Assembly (NCBI GenBank): GCA_020353555.1
Contig: CP070697.1
Span: 6,724,371-6,788,370, forward strand
From: Desulfobacterales bacterium
Lineage (GTDB): Bacteria > Desulfobacterota > Desulfobacteria > Desulfobacterales > G020353555
DNA: 64,000 bases
Direction of reading: 5' to 3'
A program made the translations under genes and the position numbers. The number at the start of each line of letters is the position of its first letter. The stretch's first letter is position 1. The notes under the pieces were generated by a model. It was not told the DNA's origin. It was given only the letters and a program-made list of their open reading frames with translations, and did no database searches. Shown one piece after another: positions 47,486 to 56,309 of the stretch.

Positions 47486-47643
47486 AGCGCCGGGGTTCAG
47501 TCGGTCACAGCTGTTGTTGTTTACAACTGATCCTCCTGAAGGACGCGTGTGCGCTTTCCTTGCAATGTGCTCCCCGTCAATTTTGGAAAGAGACAATGCG
47601 GCGTATGAAAACGGTAACCAACATCACCACAAAGGAGGGGCCC

Positions 47644-48669
47644 ATGATGTTAAAAAGGTTTCGATGGACCGGAATCGTCTTGCACATCGGCTTGATGTTA
47701 GCCTGCATCTTATCCGCAGACGCCTCGGCCGAAGTCATAAAATTGCAAATGGCTTTGGGACCTCACGTGCCGGGCAGTGTTTATCAACTGTATCAGGAAA
47801 AAATAATCCCGCAACGGATTGTCGAGACCGTCAAGGGGGTGACGGGGCAGGAGTTGGAAGTCATCACCCACACAGGTCTTGTCAATGCGGCCGACGTGCT
47901 TGACGCCGTGCGCGATGGACGCGTCGACATGGGCGTGCAGGGTGCCATGTACCGCGGTGACATGACGTTACTCAACGCGCTTGCATTCCCAGCGATACTG
48001 CCTTTTGAAGTGTGTCCCCGGCTTCATCTCAAACTTGAGCCCCTTTACCAGGAAGTTTTGCGTGACCAGTTCCAAGTCGAAATGCTGGGTATGGGCTATT
48101 GGCCCAGACAGCTGCTCATTTCCAAACGACCTGCTGCGACTTTCGCCGATTTGAAAGGTCTTAAATTCAGAACCCATTCCTATGATCTTTTGCAGCTCAT
48201 GCTCAAAGCCGGCGGGGCTCCCGTCCAAATGTCATATGGGGAAGTCTACTTGGCTTTACAAAGGGGAGCCATCGATGGTGCCGTCTCCTCACTCAGCGGA
48301 ATCGCGGGACAGAAATGGTACGAGGTAGCCAAGCATGTGGACTGGTGGCCGATGGGCACGGTCACCTACTTTTTCGTTATGAATAAAAAGACGTGGGATA
48401 AGCTTCCTGAAGACGTGCAAAGGGTCTTGCGTGACGTCGTCTCCAAGGCCGGTCTTGAAACTTGGGTCGCCTCGGACGTCGAAGACAAAAAAACCAAGGA
48501 AATCTATACTACTCAATACGGATGCACCCACCATTACCCGCCGGAGGATGAAATTCGGCAACTTAAAGAATTTGTGGGCCCCATCATCGACGATTGGAAA
48601 AAGCGCGCTGGGAATCGCGCCGAGGAAGTGATCACGATTTTCAATAACGAGTTAGGCACAAATTATTAG
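47644..48669 (+). CDS. dctP: TRAP transporter substrate-binding protein (second system)
   Basis: DctP-family sequence with a signal peptide. I prefer the ATG at 47644 after AAGGAGGGG. Confidence 0.85.
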   Translation: MMLKRFRWTGIVLHIGLMLACILSADASAEVIKLQMALGPHVPGSVYQLYQEKIIPQRIVETVKGVTGQELEVITHTGLVNAADVLDAVRDGRVDMGVQGAMYRGDMTLLNALAFPAILPFEVCPRLHLKLEPLYQEVLRDQFQVEMLGMGYWPRQLLISKRPAATFADLKGLKFRTHSYDLLQLMLKAGGAPVQMSYGEVYLALQRGAIDGAVSSLSGIAGQKWYEVAKHVDWWPMGTVTYFFVMNKKTWDKLPEDVQRVLRDVVSKAGLETWVASDVEDKKTKEIYTTQYGCTHHYPPEDEIRQLKEFVGPIIDDWKKRAGNRAEEVITIFNNELGTNY

Positions 48670-48732
48670 CTCTCCGATCACCGGCATGACCCGCTTCGCC
48701 GGGATGCTTTGAGTGCGCTGATTTGGGGCAGC

Positions 48733-48753
48733 CCCCCCGCCGCCGGCGGGGGG
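48733..48753 (+). other. Very GC-rich 9-bp-stem hairpin between dctP and dctQ
   Basis: CCCCCCGCC-GCC-GGCGGGGGG. A second small hairpin plus TTTTT lies at about 48762-48779. Confidence 0.5.
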
Positions 48754-48901
48754 TAATCTAGCCCGCCACGGGGATTTTTGTTCGTCGGACCCCTGGGAGA
48801 GCGGCGTGGCAGGGAGGAGATGGTTGACGCCCAAAATCGGGGTTCAGCCCATTCGGAATGTAAAACTCCAGTTCGAATCTTAACCCCTCACCAAGCAACT
48901 T

Positions 48902-49405
48902 ATGAAAATAACCGGCGCCCCCCTTAGAAAGACCATCGAGTGGATCTCTTCTTTTTCCGGAAAAGTGGCTATGTGGTGCATTCTGGCCATGATGCTGCTC
49001 ATTTCCTATGATGTTTTTTCAAGATACCTGCTTAACAGCCCGGTCTTGTTCTCGGATGAGATCAGTGGTTACATGCTGGTTTTCATCGGTTTTATCGGAG
49101 CGGCCAGCGCTCTCAAAGACGGGAGGCATATATCCGTCGATATACTTGTCGCGCGCCTGAAACCCAAGGCGCAGGTCAGGCTGCAGGTCATTACCTCAAT
49201 TTTGAGTTTAGCCGTTCTCGTTATCTTTTGCTGGCATAGCTGGGTCATGGTTTACCGATCGTTTGAGAGAAATGTTCGCGTACCCTCCATCCTGCTGACC
49301 CCATTATGGATCCCGCAAATGCTCATCAGCATTGGAAGTGTCTTTCTGATCCTGCAACTACTAGTGGAAATGGCTAAAGCCCTCAGGGAGTTAAAGGAAA
49401 AATAG
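48902..49405 (+). CDS. dctQ: TRAP transporter small permease (second system)
   Basis: 167 aa, 4 TM, DctQ-like. Confidence 0.8.
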   Translation: MKITGAPLRKTIEWISSFSGKVAMWCILAMMLLISYDVFSRYLLNSPVLFSDEISGYMLVFIGFIGAASALKDGRHISVDILVARLKPKAQVRLQVITSILSLAVLVIFCWHSWVMVYRSFERNVRVPSILLTPLWIPQMLISIGSVFLILQLLVEMAKALRELKEK

Positions 49406-49481
49406 TTGCCGCAAAAAATTTTGTGCGCCTCCGCCGCGCGCAGGGTTGCCAAGACTTTTTCAAGATAGGAAGATATCCGCT

Positions 49482-50798
49482 ATGGAGCTCGCTCTGGGAC
49501 CTCTCATTCTGACATTGTTTATTTTGCTGCTTGTGTTTTTGCTTTCCGGAATGCAGATTGCTTTTGCGCTGATGGCCGTCGGCTTGGTAGGTCTTTATGT
49601 TTTCCTTCCTCATTGCGTCCCCGGCGATGCGGCGCGACAGGCATGGAACGCGGTAAATAGCTATCCGCTGACGGCTGTTGTGCTTTACATCTACATGGGG
49701 GAGTTGATCGTCCAGGGAGGAGTGAGCGAAGTAGTTTATGAATCCCTTGACAAGTGGCTGGGCGGGCTTCCCGGGGGCCTGCTTCACTCAGTGATTGGTT
49801 TTTGCGCCCTTTTTGCCGCCGTATCCGGCTCAAGCGTCGCTACGGCAGCCACCATCGGGACGGTGGCCATCCCACCGATGAAAAAACGAAATTACGATCC
49901 GAAATTGATGTCCGGCGCCATGGCGGCAGGCGGCGCTTTAGGCATTCTGATTCCTCCCAGTGTGATTATGATATTGTATGGAGCCTTGGCCGGAGTTTCC
50001 ATCGCCAAGTGCTTTTTTGGGGGAATAATCCCCGGTCTTATTCTGACGCTTTTATTCATGTCTTACATCGCCCTCCGGGCCATAAAATCGCCGAAACTAG
50101 CACCACTTTATCACGAGGAAATTTCGTGGCGGCAAAGATTCGCCGCCCTGCGAGGTATCGTTCCCGTCTTTTTTCTGGCCGTGATGATTTTGAGTGGCAT
50201 CTATCTCGGCATTTGGACACCGACGGAAGCTGCGGCCGTGGGTTGCCTGGGAACTTTTCTGATGATCATTGTCAGAAAGAAACTGAGCCGGTCTTTAATC
50301 TACCAATCTTTGAAGCGGACCCTGCAAACATCGAGTATGGTTTTAATGATCTTGGCGGGCGCCGGCTTGGTTTCATATGTAATGAATTATTTGCGGATTC
50401 CGATTCTACTCATCGAGTGGATTAATTCCGTCGGTCTTTCACCCTACGTTGTTCTGATTTTTGTCTGTATCATCTATTATATCCTGGGTTGTTTTATCGA
50501 GGGGATTTCCATTTGCATCATAACCGTTCCCATTATCTTCCCCGCGATGGTCGCCCTTGGCTTTGATCCCATCTGGTTCGGCATAATTCTAGCGATAAAC
50601 ATCGAGGTTTCATTAATCACCCCTCCTGTGGGTATGAATCTCTACGTATTAAAAGGGATCGATGCCGACAGCAAATTTGGCGATATCTTTGTCGGGGTTG
50701 TGCCCTTTGTGGGCATGATGTCACTCCTGATCTTGATCCTGACCATTTTCCCTGATATCGTGACCTGGCTTCCCAATTTGATATCCGAGGCCTATTGA
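49482..50798 (+). CDS. dctM: TRAP transporter large permease (second system)
   Basis: DctM-like multi-TM protein. I prefer the ATG at 49482 to the upstream non-ATG start at 49446. Confidence 0.9.
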   Translation: MELALGPLILTLFILLLVFLLSGMQIAFALMAVGLVGLYVFLPHCVPGDAARQAWNAVNSYPLTAVVLYIYMGELIVQGGVSEVVYESLDKWLGGLPGGLLHSVIGFCALFAAVSGSSVATAATIGTVAIPPMKKRNYDPKLMSGAMAAGGALGILIPPSVIMILYGALAGVSIAKCFFGGIIPGLILTLLFMSYIALRAIKSPKLAPLYHEEISWRQRFAALRGIVPVFFLAVMILSGIYLGIWTPTEAAAVGCLGTFLMIIVRKKLSRSLIYQSLKRTLQTSSMVLMILAGAGLVSYVMNYLRIPILLIEWINSVGLSPYVVLIFVCIIYYILGCFIEGISICIITVPIIFPAMVALGFDPIWFGIILAINIEVSLITPPVGMNLYVLKGIDADSKFGDIFVGVVPFVGMMSLLILILTIFPDIVTWLPNLISEAY

Positions 50799-50935
50799 CG
50801 GATCCTCCTCATTGGCGGTCGAGGCCCACGACGAAGCCGACTTGTCTCCCTTGCCAATCGCGCTGCCGTCTGGTGGTGACTTTGCGCATGCCCGGCGTCT
50901 GTCGAGCGAGGGTTCAACAGCAAGGGTGCACTTTA

Positions 50936-51011
50936 TTCTACTTTGTCACATGACCGCAGGCCTTGCCGGGACAAGCGCCATGGTGAACATGGTTAATGTA
51001 ACAAAGTAGAA
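50936..51011. mobile_element. MITE-like element, 76-bp mini copy
   Basis: TTCTACTTTGTCACA (50936-50950) and TGTAACAAAGTAGAA (50997-51011) are inverted repeats. The element is flanked by TTA on both sides. Confidence 0.45.
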
Positions 51012-51079
51012 TTAAAGCCCGCGTGCAAAACGCATCGAGATGCAAGGCGAGGGTTGCGATAGAATCAATTGAGGGCGCT

Positions 51080-52735
51080 ATGAGACCCAGTGACGTTCTG
51101 GTCATCGGCGGCGGAGGGGCGGGGATCACGGCCGCTATCGAAGCCAAAGAAATGGATGCGGATGTTACCCTGGTTTCCAAATCGCGGATAGGATACGGCA
51201 ATAATACCTTCATTTCCAAGGCCGCCATTTCGTCGGTGATCGCAAGCCCGGATGCGGGCGATAGTTCCGAGGCCTACGTGCATGATGCCACCGCGGCGGG
51301 ACGCTTCATCAACGATCCGCGACTTCTACAAAGAGTGGCCCAAGAAGGCCGCAGCCGGATTGCTTTCCTGGAAAAACGTGGGGTGGCGTTCGCCCAACGC
51401 CACGCAGCCCTTGGGGTCAGCCAAGCGCCGGGGCACAGTCTTCCGCGAACCGTAAGATCCGAAAATCAAATCGGAAGTGACTATTGCCTGCCCCTGCGAG
51501 AATATGCCCGGAAAATCGGGGTCCGCTTCGTTGAAAATGTATTTATCACGCGCATTTTCACCTCCAAAGACCGATTCGCAGCCGCCGCGGGAATCACCGC
51601 GCGGGGCAAGTTCTTGGCCTTTGCAGCCAGATGTTGCGTACTCGCCACCGGGGGTTTTGCTCAACTTTATCTCAGGAACAGCAACGCCGCACGGATTACC
51701 GGCGATGGACTCGTGCAAGCCTTTGAACTGGGAATCCCGCTTAAAGACGTGGAGTTTGTTCAGTTTTATCCAACCGCCACGGGTCCTCGGGGAAATCGCC
51801 TGCTGCTTTACGATGCCGTCGTGCTTCGCGCCGGCGGCGTGCTCCGGAATGCGACCGGCGAGGATATTATTGCCAAACACGGCCCGCGCGACCCGTTGGC
51901 GTTGACCAGGGATCGACTCACCCGTGCGATCATGCAGGAGATACTTGACGGCCGGGATGTGCAAGGGGGGGTCATCATGGATCTCAGCCATGTGCCCGAA
52001 CACTATCTGGCGCCATGGCTTCATCTTCTACCCGTCAACCGAACACCGTCGGCGAGGAAGTTCATTGTCTCTCCCACGGCCCACTATTGTATGGGAGGCA
52101 TTGTGACGGACAGCAATTGCGCGACCCGAATCCCAGGTCTTTACGCGGCCGGGGAAGCCTGCGCAGGGGTCCATGGGGCGAATCGCATTGCCGGCAATTC
52201 GCTGGCCGAGGTTTTTACCATGGGCGGTGTGGCCGGGAGAAACGCGGCGTCACAGGCCAAAGCGCTGGGGCCGCTTGACCTTCCCGCAAAGGAAATACAG
52301 ACTGAAAAAATCCGGATCGAATCGTTGCGGTCCAAAGGTCATCGGCCTCCGCGCGAGTATCGCCGGACCGTCAAAGAAATAATGTGGAACCGCGCAGGTA
52401 TCATCCGCGATCGAAGAGAACTGGAAGTGGGACTGGAACAAATCCAGGAGCTCGCAGCGACGCTTCCCAGGCTTCGCATCGACGACGGCCGGGAGCTTTT
52501 TAAAGCTCTGGAGCTGAAAAATATGCTAGTGCTCGCTGAAATGGTCTGTCGTGCTGCGCTGCTGCGAACGGAGAGCCGAGGCGCCCACTATCGCCGCGAC
52601 TACCCGGAAGAAGACAACGAAAACTGGCTCAAAAACATCGTCATCCGTAAATCGGGATCAGGGATGCGGCTACAGGTGGTTCCCGTCGCCTTCCCTGGTG
52701 GGGAAGGACCGCCCGACCCGTCAAGCGGGAGCTAA
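51080..52735 (+). CDS. FAD-dependent oxidoreductase of the FrdA/SdhA/NadB flavoprotein family (no adjacent Fe-S subunit)
   Basis: DVLVIGGGGAGITAA motif and C-terminal RTESRGAHYRRDYPEED. I prefer the ATG at 51080. Confidence 0.8.
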   Translation: MRPSDVLVIGGGGAGITAAIEAKEMDADVTLVSKSRIGYGNNTFISKAAISSVIASPDAGDSSEAYVHDATAAGRFINDPRLLQRVAQEGRSRIAFLEKRGVAFAQRHAALGVSQAPGHSLPRTVRSENQIGSDYCLPLREYARKIGVRFVENVFITRIFTSKDRFAAAAGITARGKFLAFAARCCVLATGGFAQLYLRNSNAARITGDGLVQAFELGIPLKDVEFVQFYPTATGPRGNRLLLYDAVVLRAGGVLRNATGEDIIAKHGPRDPLALTRDRLTRAIMQEILDGRDVQGGVIMDLSHVPEHYLAPWLHLLPVNRTPSARKFIVSPTAHYCMGGIVTDSNCATRIPGLYAAGEACAGVHGANRIAGNSLAEVFTMGGVAGRNAASQAKALGPLDLPAKEIQTEKIRIESLRSKGHRPPREYRRTVKEIMWNRAGIIRDRRELEVGLEQIQELAATLPRLRIDDGRELFKALELKNMLVLAEMVCRAALLRTESRGAHYRRDYPEEDNENWLKNIVIRKSGSGMRLQVVPVAFPGGEGPPDPSSGS

Positions 52736-52952
52736 AGCGAATTACGCCGGCCGGACAGGCAGCGGGCCGCCAGAATACGGTCATGTAAGCGCTTCCCGTT
52801 GCGTAAAACGCCGAATTCACGCCGCAGTTCGACCTTGATGGGTTGCTCCGAATCGCGATTGCGGGGCTGTCCGCACCTGGCTGCGGTTTTGCCATGCCGT
52901 CATCGGATGTCCCGTAAATCCCCTATCCGGGACCGTCCAACCGGCCGTGGCA

Positions 52953-54227
52953 TCAGCTCCGGCCGGCCGCGGGCGGATGATGAAAGCCAAACAGCGCATC
53001 CCATTGACGATCCAGCGTATTCAGGGCTTGGGGCAAGGGCACCGGATGAACGGCGCCACTTTCTATCTGAACCAGTTGCAGCCGTTTCAGCTTGTCCAGC
53101 GCGTCGCTGATCTCAAAGTCGATCCGTACGCCGGCCTTGTGCGCTAACCAGGCCTCCGCCGTCTGATCCAGCTGCTGCCGGGTCAGGGGTCGGTCTGCCG
53201 TCAACAGGCAAAAATAGGCCAGCCAGACCTCTTTGAACTCTTCTTCCTCGGCGTCGTCGATGAGGTGGTGAAAGACGCCGGCGTTGTTGTCCAGGTTTTT
53301 GAAGTAGAGATTTTCCGTCAGGGCCTGCATGAACCGCAGTTTGCGGTTTTTGAATTTGTTGAACTGTTTGAAAAGAAAACCGGCCAGGGTTCCCAGACCG
53401 GCCCCCAGAATCACCAGGTGCTTCTTCTCCACCTCCACCGGTGAGCTGGAGAAACCAAACCAGAAGGAGATCAGGGAGCCCAAGAGGATGAAGGTGGCAC
53501 CCAGTTTGGTGACCAGCATAATAATGCCGCTCACCGCCGCCGGTACGCCGATGATCAGCTTGTCGATGGTCTTCATGCGGATCCGGCTATTGGGAAACAG
53601 CATCTCCAGATCGGCCTTGGGCACGTTGTGGAAGAGTTTGATCAAAGTGGCGCCGGGCACGAAATTGAGCTGCTTGCGTTTGCTTTTGGCAAAATAATCC
53701 GCCTCCTTGAATTTGAGAAAAACCACCACCCGCGCGTAGTTGGTAAAGGCGATGGGCCGCTTGCGCAAGCCCCACAGGGTCAATAGGGTCTCCTGGCGGA
53801 TACTCGCTCCCCGCCGGAAGAAAAGAACCTCTTCAAAATCATCGAAATCCACCTCCAGCCGAATTTTGAACAGCGACTCTTCGGCCAGGGCCTCCCGCAG
53901 ATCGTGATCGGTGATGGCCTCGTAATTGGCGGCATCCAGCAGGGCGGTCAACTCGGAAACCAACGCTTTCTGGCAGCGTTCGCGTTCCTGCGCTGACAGC
54001 GGCACTTGCGACCGGGTGTCGGCATCCGGATCATAGGGCGCATAGCTTTCCTTGAGCCGTTCCAGGCGCTGCTGGAATTGATAATGCAGCAGCGCCTGGA
54101 GCAAATGCCCCAACTGCTGCAGGCGCTCTTGGTCGGCGGTGTTCAGGGCGGCATCGGCCAGGCACAGCGCGAGCACATCACGCTTGCGCAGTCGAATAAA
54201 ACGCTGGGTGCCGGTTGTCATCGACAT
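52953..54227 (-). CDS. DUF3754/TMEM143-like membrane protein
   Basis: 424 aa with two central TM helices flanked by charged helical regions. The resemblance to the DUF3754 family is from memory and has not been verified. Confidence 0.5.
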   Translation of the reverse strand: MSMTTGTQRFIRLRKRDVLALCLADAALNTADQERLQQLGHLLQALLHYQFQQRLERLKESYAPYDPDADTRSQVPLSAQERERCQKALVSELTALLDAANYEAITDHDLREALAEESLFKIRLEVDFDDFEEVLFFRRGASIRQETLLTLWGLRKRPIAFTNYARVVVFLKFKEADYFAKSKRKQLNFVPGATLIKLFHNVPKADLEMLFPNSRIRMKTIDKLIIGVPAAVSGIIMLVTKLGATFILLGSLISFWFGFSSSPVEVEKKHLVILGAGLGTLAGFLFKQFNKFKNRKLRFMQALTENLYFKNLDNNAGVFHHLIDDAEEEEFKEVWLAYFCLLTADRPLTRQQLDQTAEAWLAHKAGVRIDFEISDALDKLKRLQLVQIESGAVHPVPLPQALNTLDRQWDALFGFHHPPAAGRS

Positions 54228-54236
54228 AATTGGATG

Positions 54237-54270
54237 GTATCAACTTAGCTGTATGAAAAATATCCCGGCC
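54237..54270 (-). repeat. Copy 3 of the conserved intergenic motif
   Basis: GTATCAACTTAGCTGTATGAAAAATATCCCGGCC, ending 10 nt upstream of the start codon of the DUF3754-like gene, which has no SD. Confidence 0.5.
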
Positions 54271-54312
54271 GACCGCTCATCGGGCAAAATTCAAAATTGG
54301 CCAAGGCTTCCG

Positions 54313-55446
54313 TTAGCGCGAAGGGGGTTGGCCCCCAAACCGGATTTCGATGATTGTGACGTCATCCTGAAGCCGAATTTCGTTAGAGAACTTGAGTAAT
54401 TCCTCCTCAAGCTGGTCCATGCGGAGTTGAGTTTGGGGGTAATCGAGATTCTTGAGGATTTCAATGAAGCCATCGACGCCCAGCTGTTCACCCAAGGCAT
54501 TGTGAATCTCAAAGGCTCCATCACTGAACAAGAGCATTGCGTCGCCGGGTTCCAACCGGGCGGTCTGTTCTTGGTAGGGAACATCTTCCACGACCCCGAA
54601 GGCCACGCCGGAAGCTTTGAGCTTCTCAACCCTCCAATTGGCCCGTATGATAAGCGGGGGCGGACCCCCCGCCCCGGTAAACCGCAACGCTCCGTTACGG
54701 GCATCAAGGACCCCGCAAACTGCCGTGGCAAAGGAGGCATCGCGGCCGACAACCCCGCCAAGCTCTTTATTCACCTCGGCGGCGAACTCTGCCGGTTTGG
54801 TTAGAAGGCGGGAATGCAAGTTCCACAGGTTGCTCAAATGCATGGTGTACAGGCCGGCCGCCACGCCGTGGCCCTCCATATCAGCCAGGAAAAATCCGTA
54901 TCGATTTTCATCGAGCTGATTGATGGCATAATAGTCACCCCCCACGATATCATAAGGCATAAAGAAGGTAGAGACGCGTAAGCGCGGGTCGTCGGGCAGC
55001 TTATGTCTGAGCGTGCTGGCCTGGATCTCTTTGGCCCGCTCAAGATCCAACAGCATGGGTGACACATCGCGAAATGTCTCCACACCACCGATAACTTCCC
55101 CGGCCTCGTTGCGGATCGGTGCCGTGGTAACTTGCATGGGGATCTTTTGGCCATCCCGGCCCCGTGCAAAAACGATCAGTGGCACGCTTGTAATGACGCC
55201 GGTAACCATGGCGCGATGCAACGGGCAATGCTCTTCACCGCACAACCTGTGTCCGTCTTTGTCTTCGTGGCAAAGAACGTCCTCCAAACAGAGACGGCCC
55301 ACCACCTCCTCCGGCCGCCATCCCGTGATACGTTCGGCGGATTTGCTCCAGAAAACAACCCGTCGTTCGCGGTCACACACGTAAACGCCGTCGCTGAGGC
55401 TATTTAAAATTACTTCCGATGAACTTAAGAGATCATTCATAGCCAC
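54313..55446 (-). CDS. PAS-domain protein phosphatase 2C (SpoIIE/RsbU-like)
   Basis: N-terminal PAS domain (LSDGVYVCDRERRVVFWSKSAERITGW) and a C-terminal PP2C domain (GGDYY..D..GHGV..LFSDG). Confidence 0.85.
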   Translation of the reverse strand: MAMNDLLSSSEVILNSLSDGVYVCDRERRVVFWSKSAERITGWRPEEVVGRLCLEDVLCHEDKDGHRLCGEEHCPLHRAMVTGVITSVPLIVFARGRDGQKIPMQVTTAPIRNEAGEVIGGVETFRDVSPMLLDLERAKEIQASTLRHKLPDDPRLRVSTFFMPYDIVGGDYYAINQLDENRYGFFLADMEGHGVAAGLYTMHLSNLWNLHSRLLTKPAEFAAEVNKELGGVVGRDASFATAVCGVLDARNGALRFTGAGGPPPLIIRANWRVEKLKASGVAFGVVEDVPYQEQTARLEPGDAMLLFSDGAFEIHNALGEQLGVDGFIEILKNLDYPQTQLRMDQLEEELLKFSNEIRLQDDVTIIEIRFGGQPPSR

Positions 55447-55747
55447 TGGTTCCTCATCAAGCCGGGTGATTCGTATTGTTCCGTATAAGGGTTATGACCT
55501 GCTGATGCAGATTATGAAAAACTCAAATCACATATACCATTCACGCCGCCTTTTCTCAAGAGCAGATGATATCGGTTTCGGCACCGGGCCTCTTTTCAAG
55601 CACTGATTGCGCAGCGGACGCCCATCGCCCGCCGACTTGTCCCCCGTCGACGCGTCCCCAGGGCATTCCGGCTACGGCCGGAAGCCAGGAGTACCGGCAT
55701 TAGAATCGATGGCGTGGGCGCGGGGCCGGCTTGTTACAAATACTTAA

Positions 55748-55831
55748 TTCTACTTTGTCATATTACCGAAAGCTTCCGGGGACAGGCGCAACGGCTGGCC
55801 AGATTTGAAAGCGTGCACCTGTCTAAGCGCC
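55748..55831. mobile_element. MITE-like element, solo arm
   Basis: TTCTACTTTGTCATATTACCGAAAGC..CCAGATTTGAAAGCGTG..GTCTAAGCGCC aligns at roughly 75 % (by eye) to the reverse complement of the right arm of the 25480-25767 copy. Confidence 0.4.
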
Positions 55832-55976
55832 ATCCGATCGAGCTTGCCGATCACCGTTCGTTCAATCCGAAATCATGATCCTGCGTGATGAACTTATCCC
55901 TTACCGTCGGGTTTGCCGTTAGGACTCGTCTGGTTTTCAGCGCAAATGTCAAAAATTCACGGGCGTAAGACGTCCG

Positions 55977-56294
55977 CTACCTTAGCGTGCCCCGATAGGT
56001 GCCCGCGTGCTTTAAAGCCGCTTCCATCTCCTCAACGGTCAGGACCGTGGGGTCATAATATACCGTGTTGGTCTCTTTTGAGCCGCGGAAGCCTTTTTTC
56101 ACCCGTTGGACACCCTTCAGCCCCTCCAGGGCTGCCTGACCCACGTCATATCACCCCACATAAAAGACCACCGTGGAGATATCCGTTTTTTCGGCCTGCA
56201 AAACCGTGTATCCCGTCAATAGGCCCAGCGCGATCATGGCCGCGAAGACCAGAAATGCCGTGATCCGCGGTTTGAAGGTATTGAGATAGATCAT
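55977..56294 (-). CDS. Membrane-anchored HMA-like (ferredoxin-fold) small protein interrupted by an in-frame TGA at codon 48; candidate selenoprotein or pseudogene
   Basis: My translation is MIYLNTFKPRITAFLVFAAMIALGLLTGYTVLQAEKTDISTVVFYVG-TGA-YDVGQAALEGLKGVQRVKKGFRGSKETNTVYYDPTVLTVEEMEAALKHAGTYRGTLR. A GGAGGA RBS follows the stop of the upstream gene. A hairpin, CAGCCC-UGGAG-GGGCUG, begins 16 nt after the UGA. Confidence 0.45.
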
Positions 56295-56309
56295 CAGCCG
56301 TCCTCCTTG

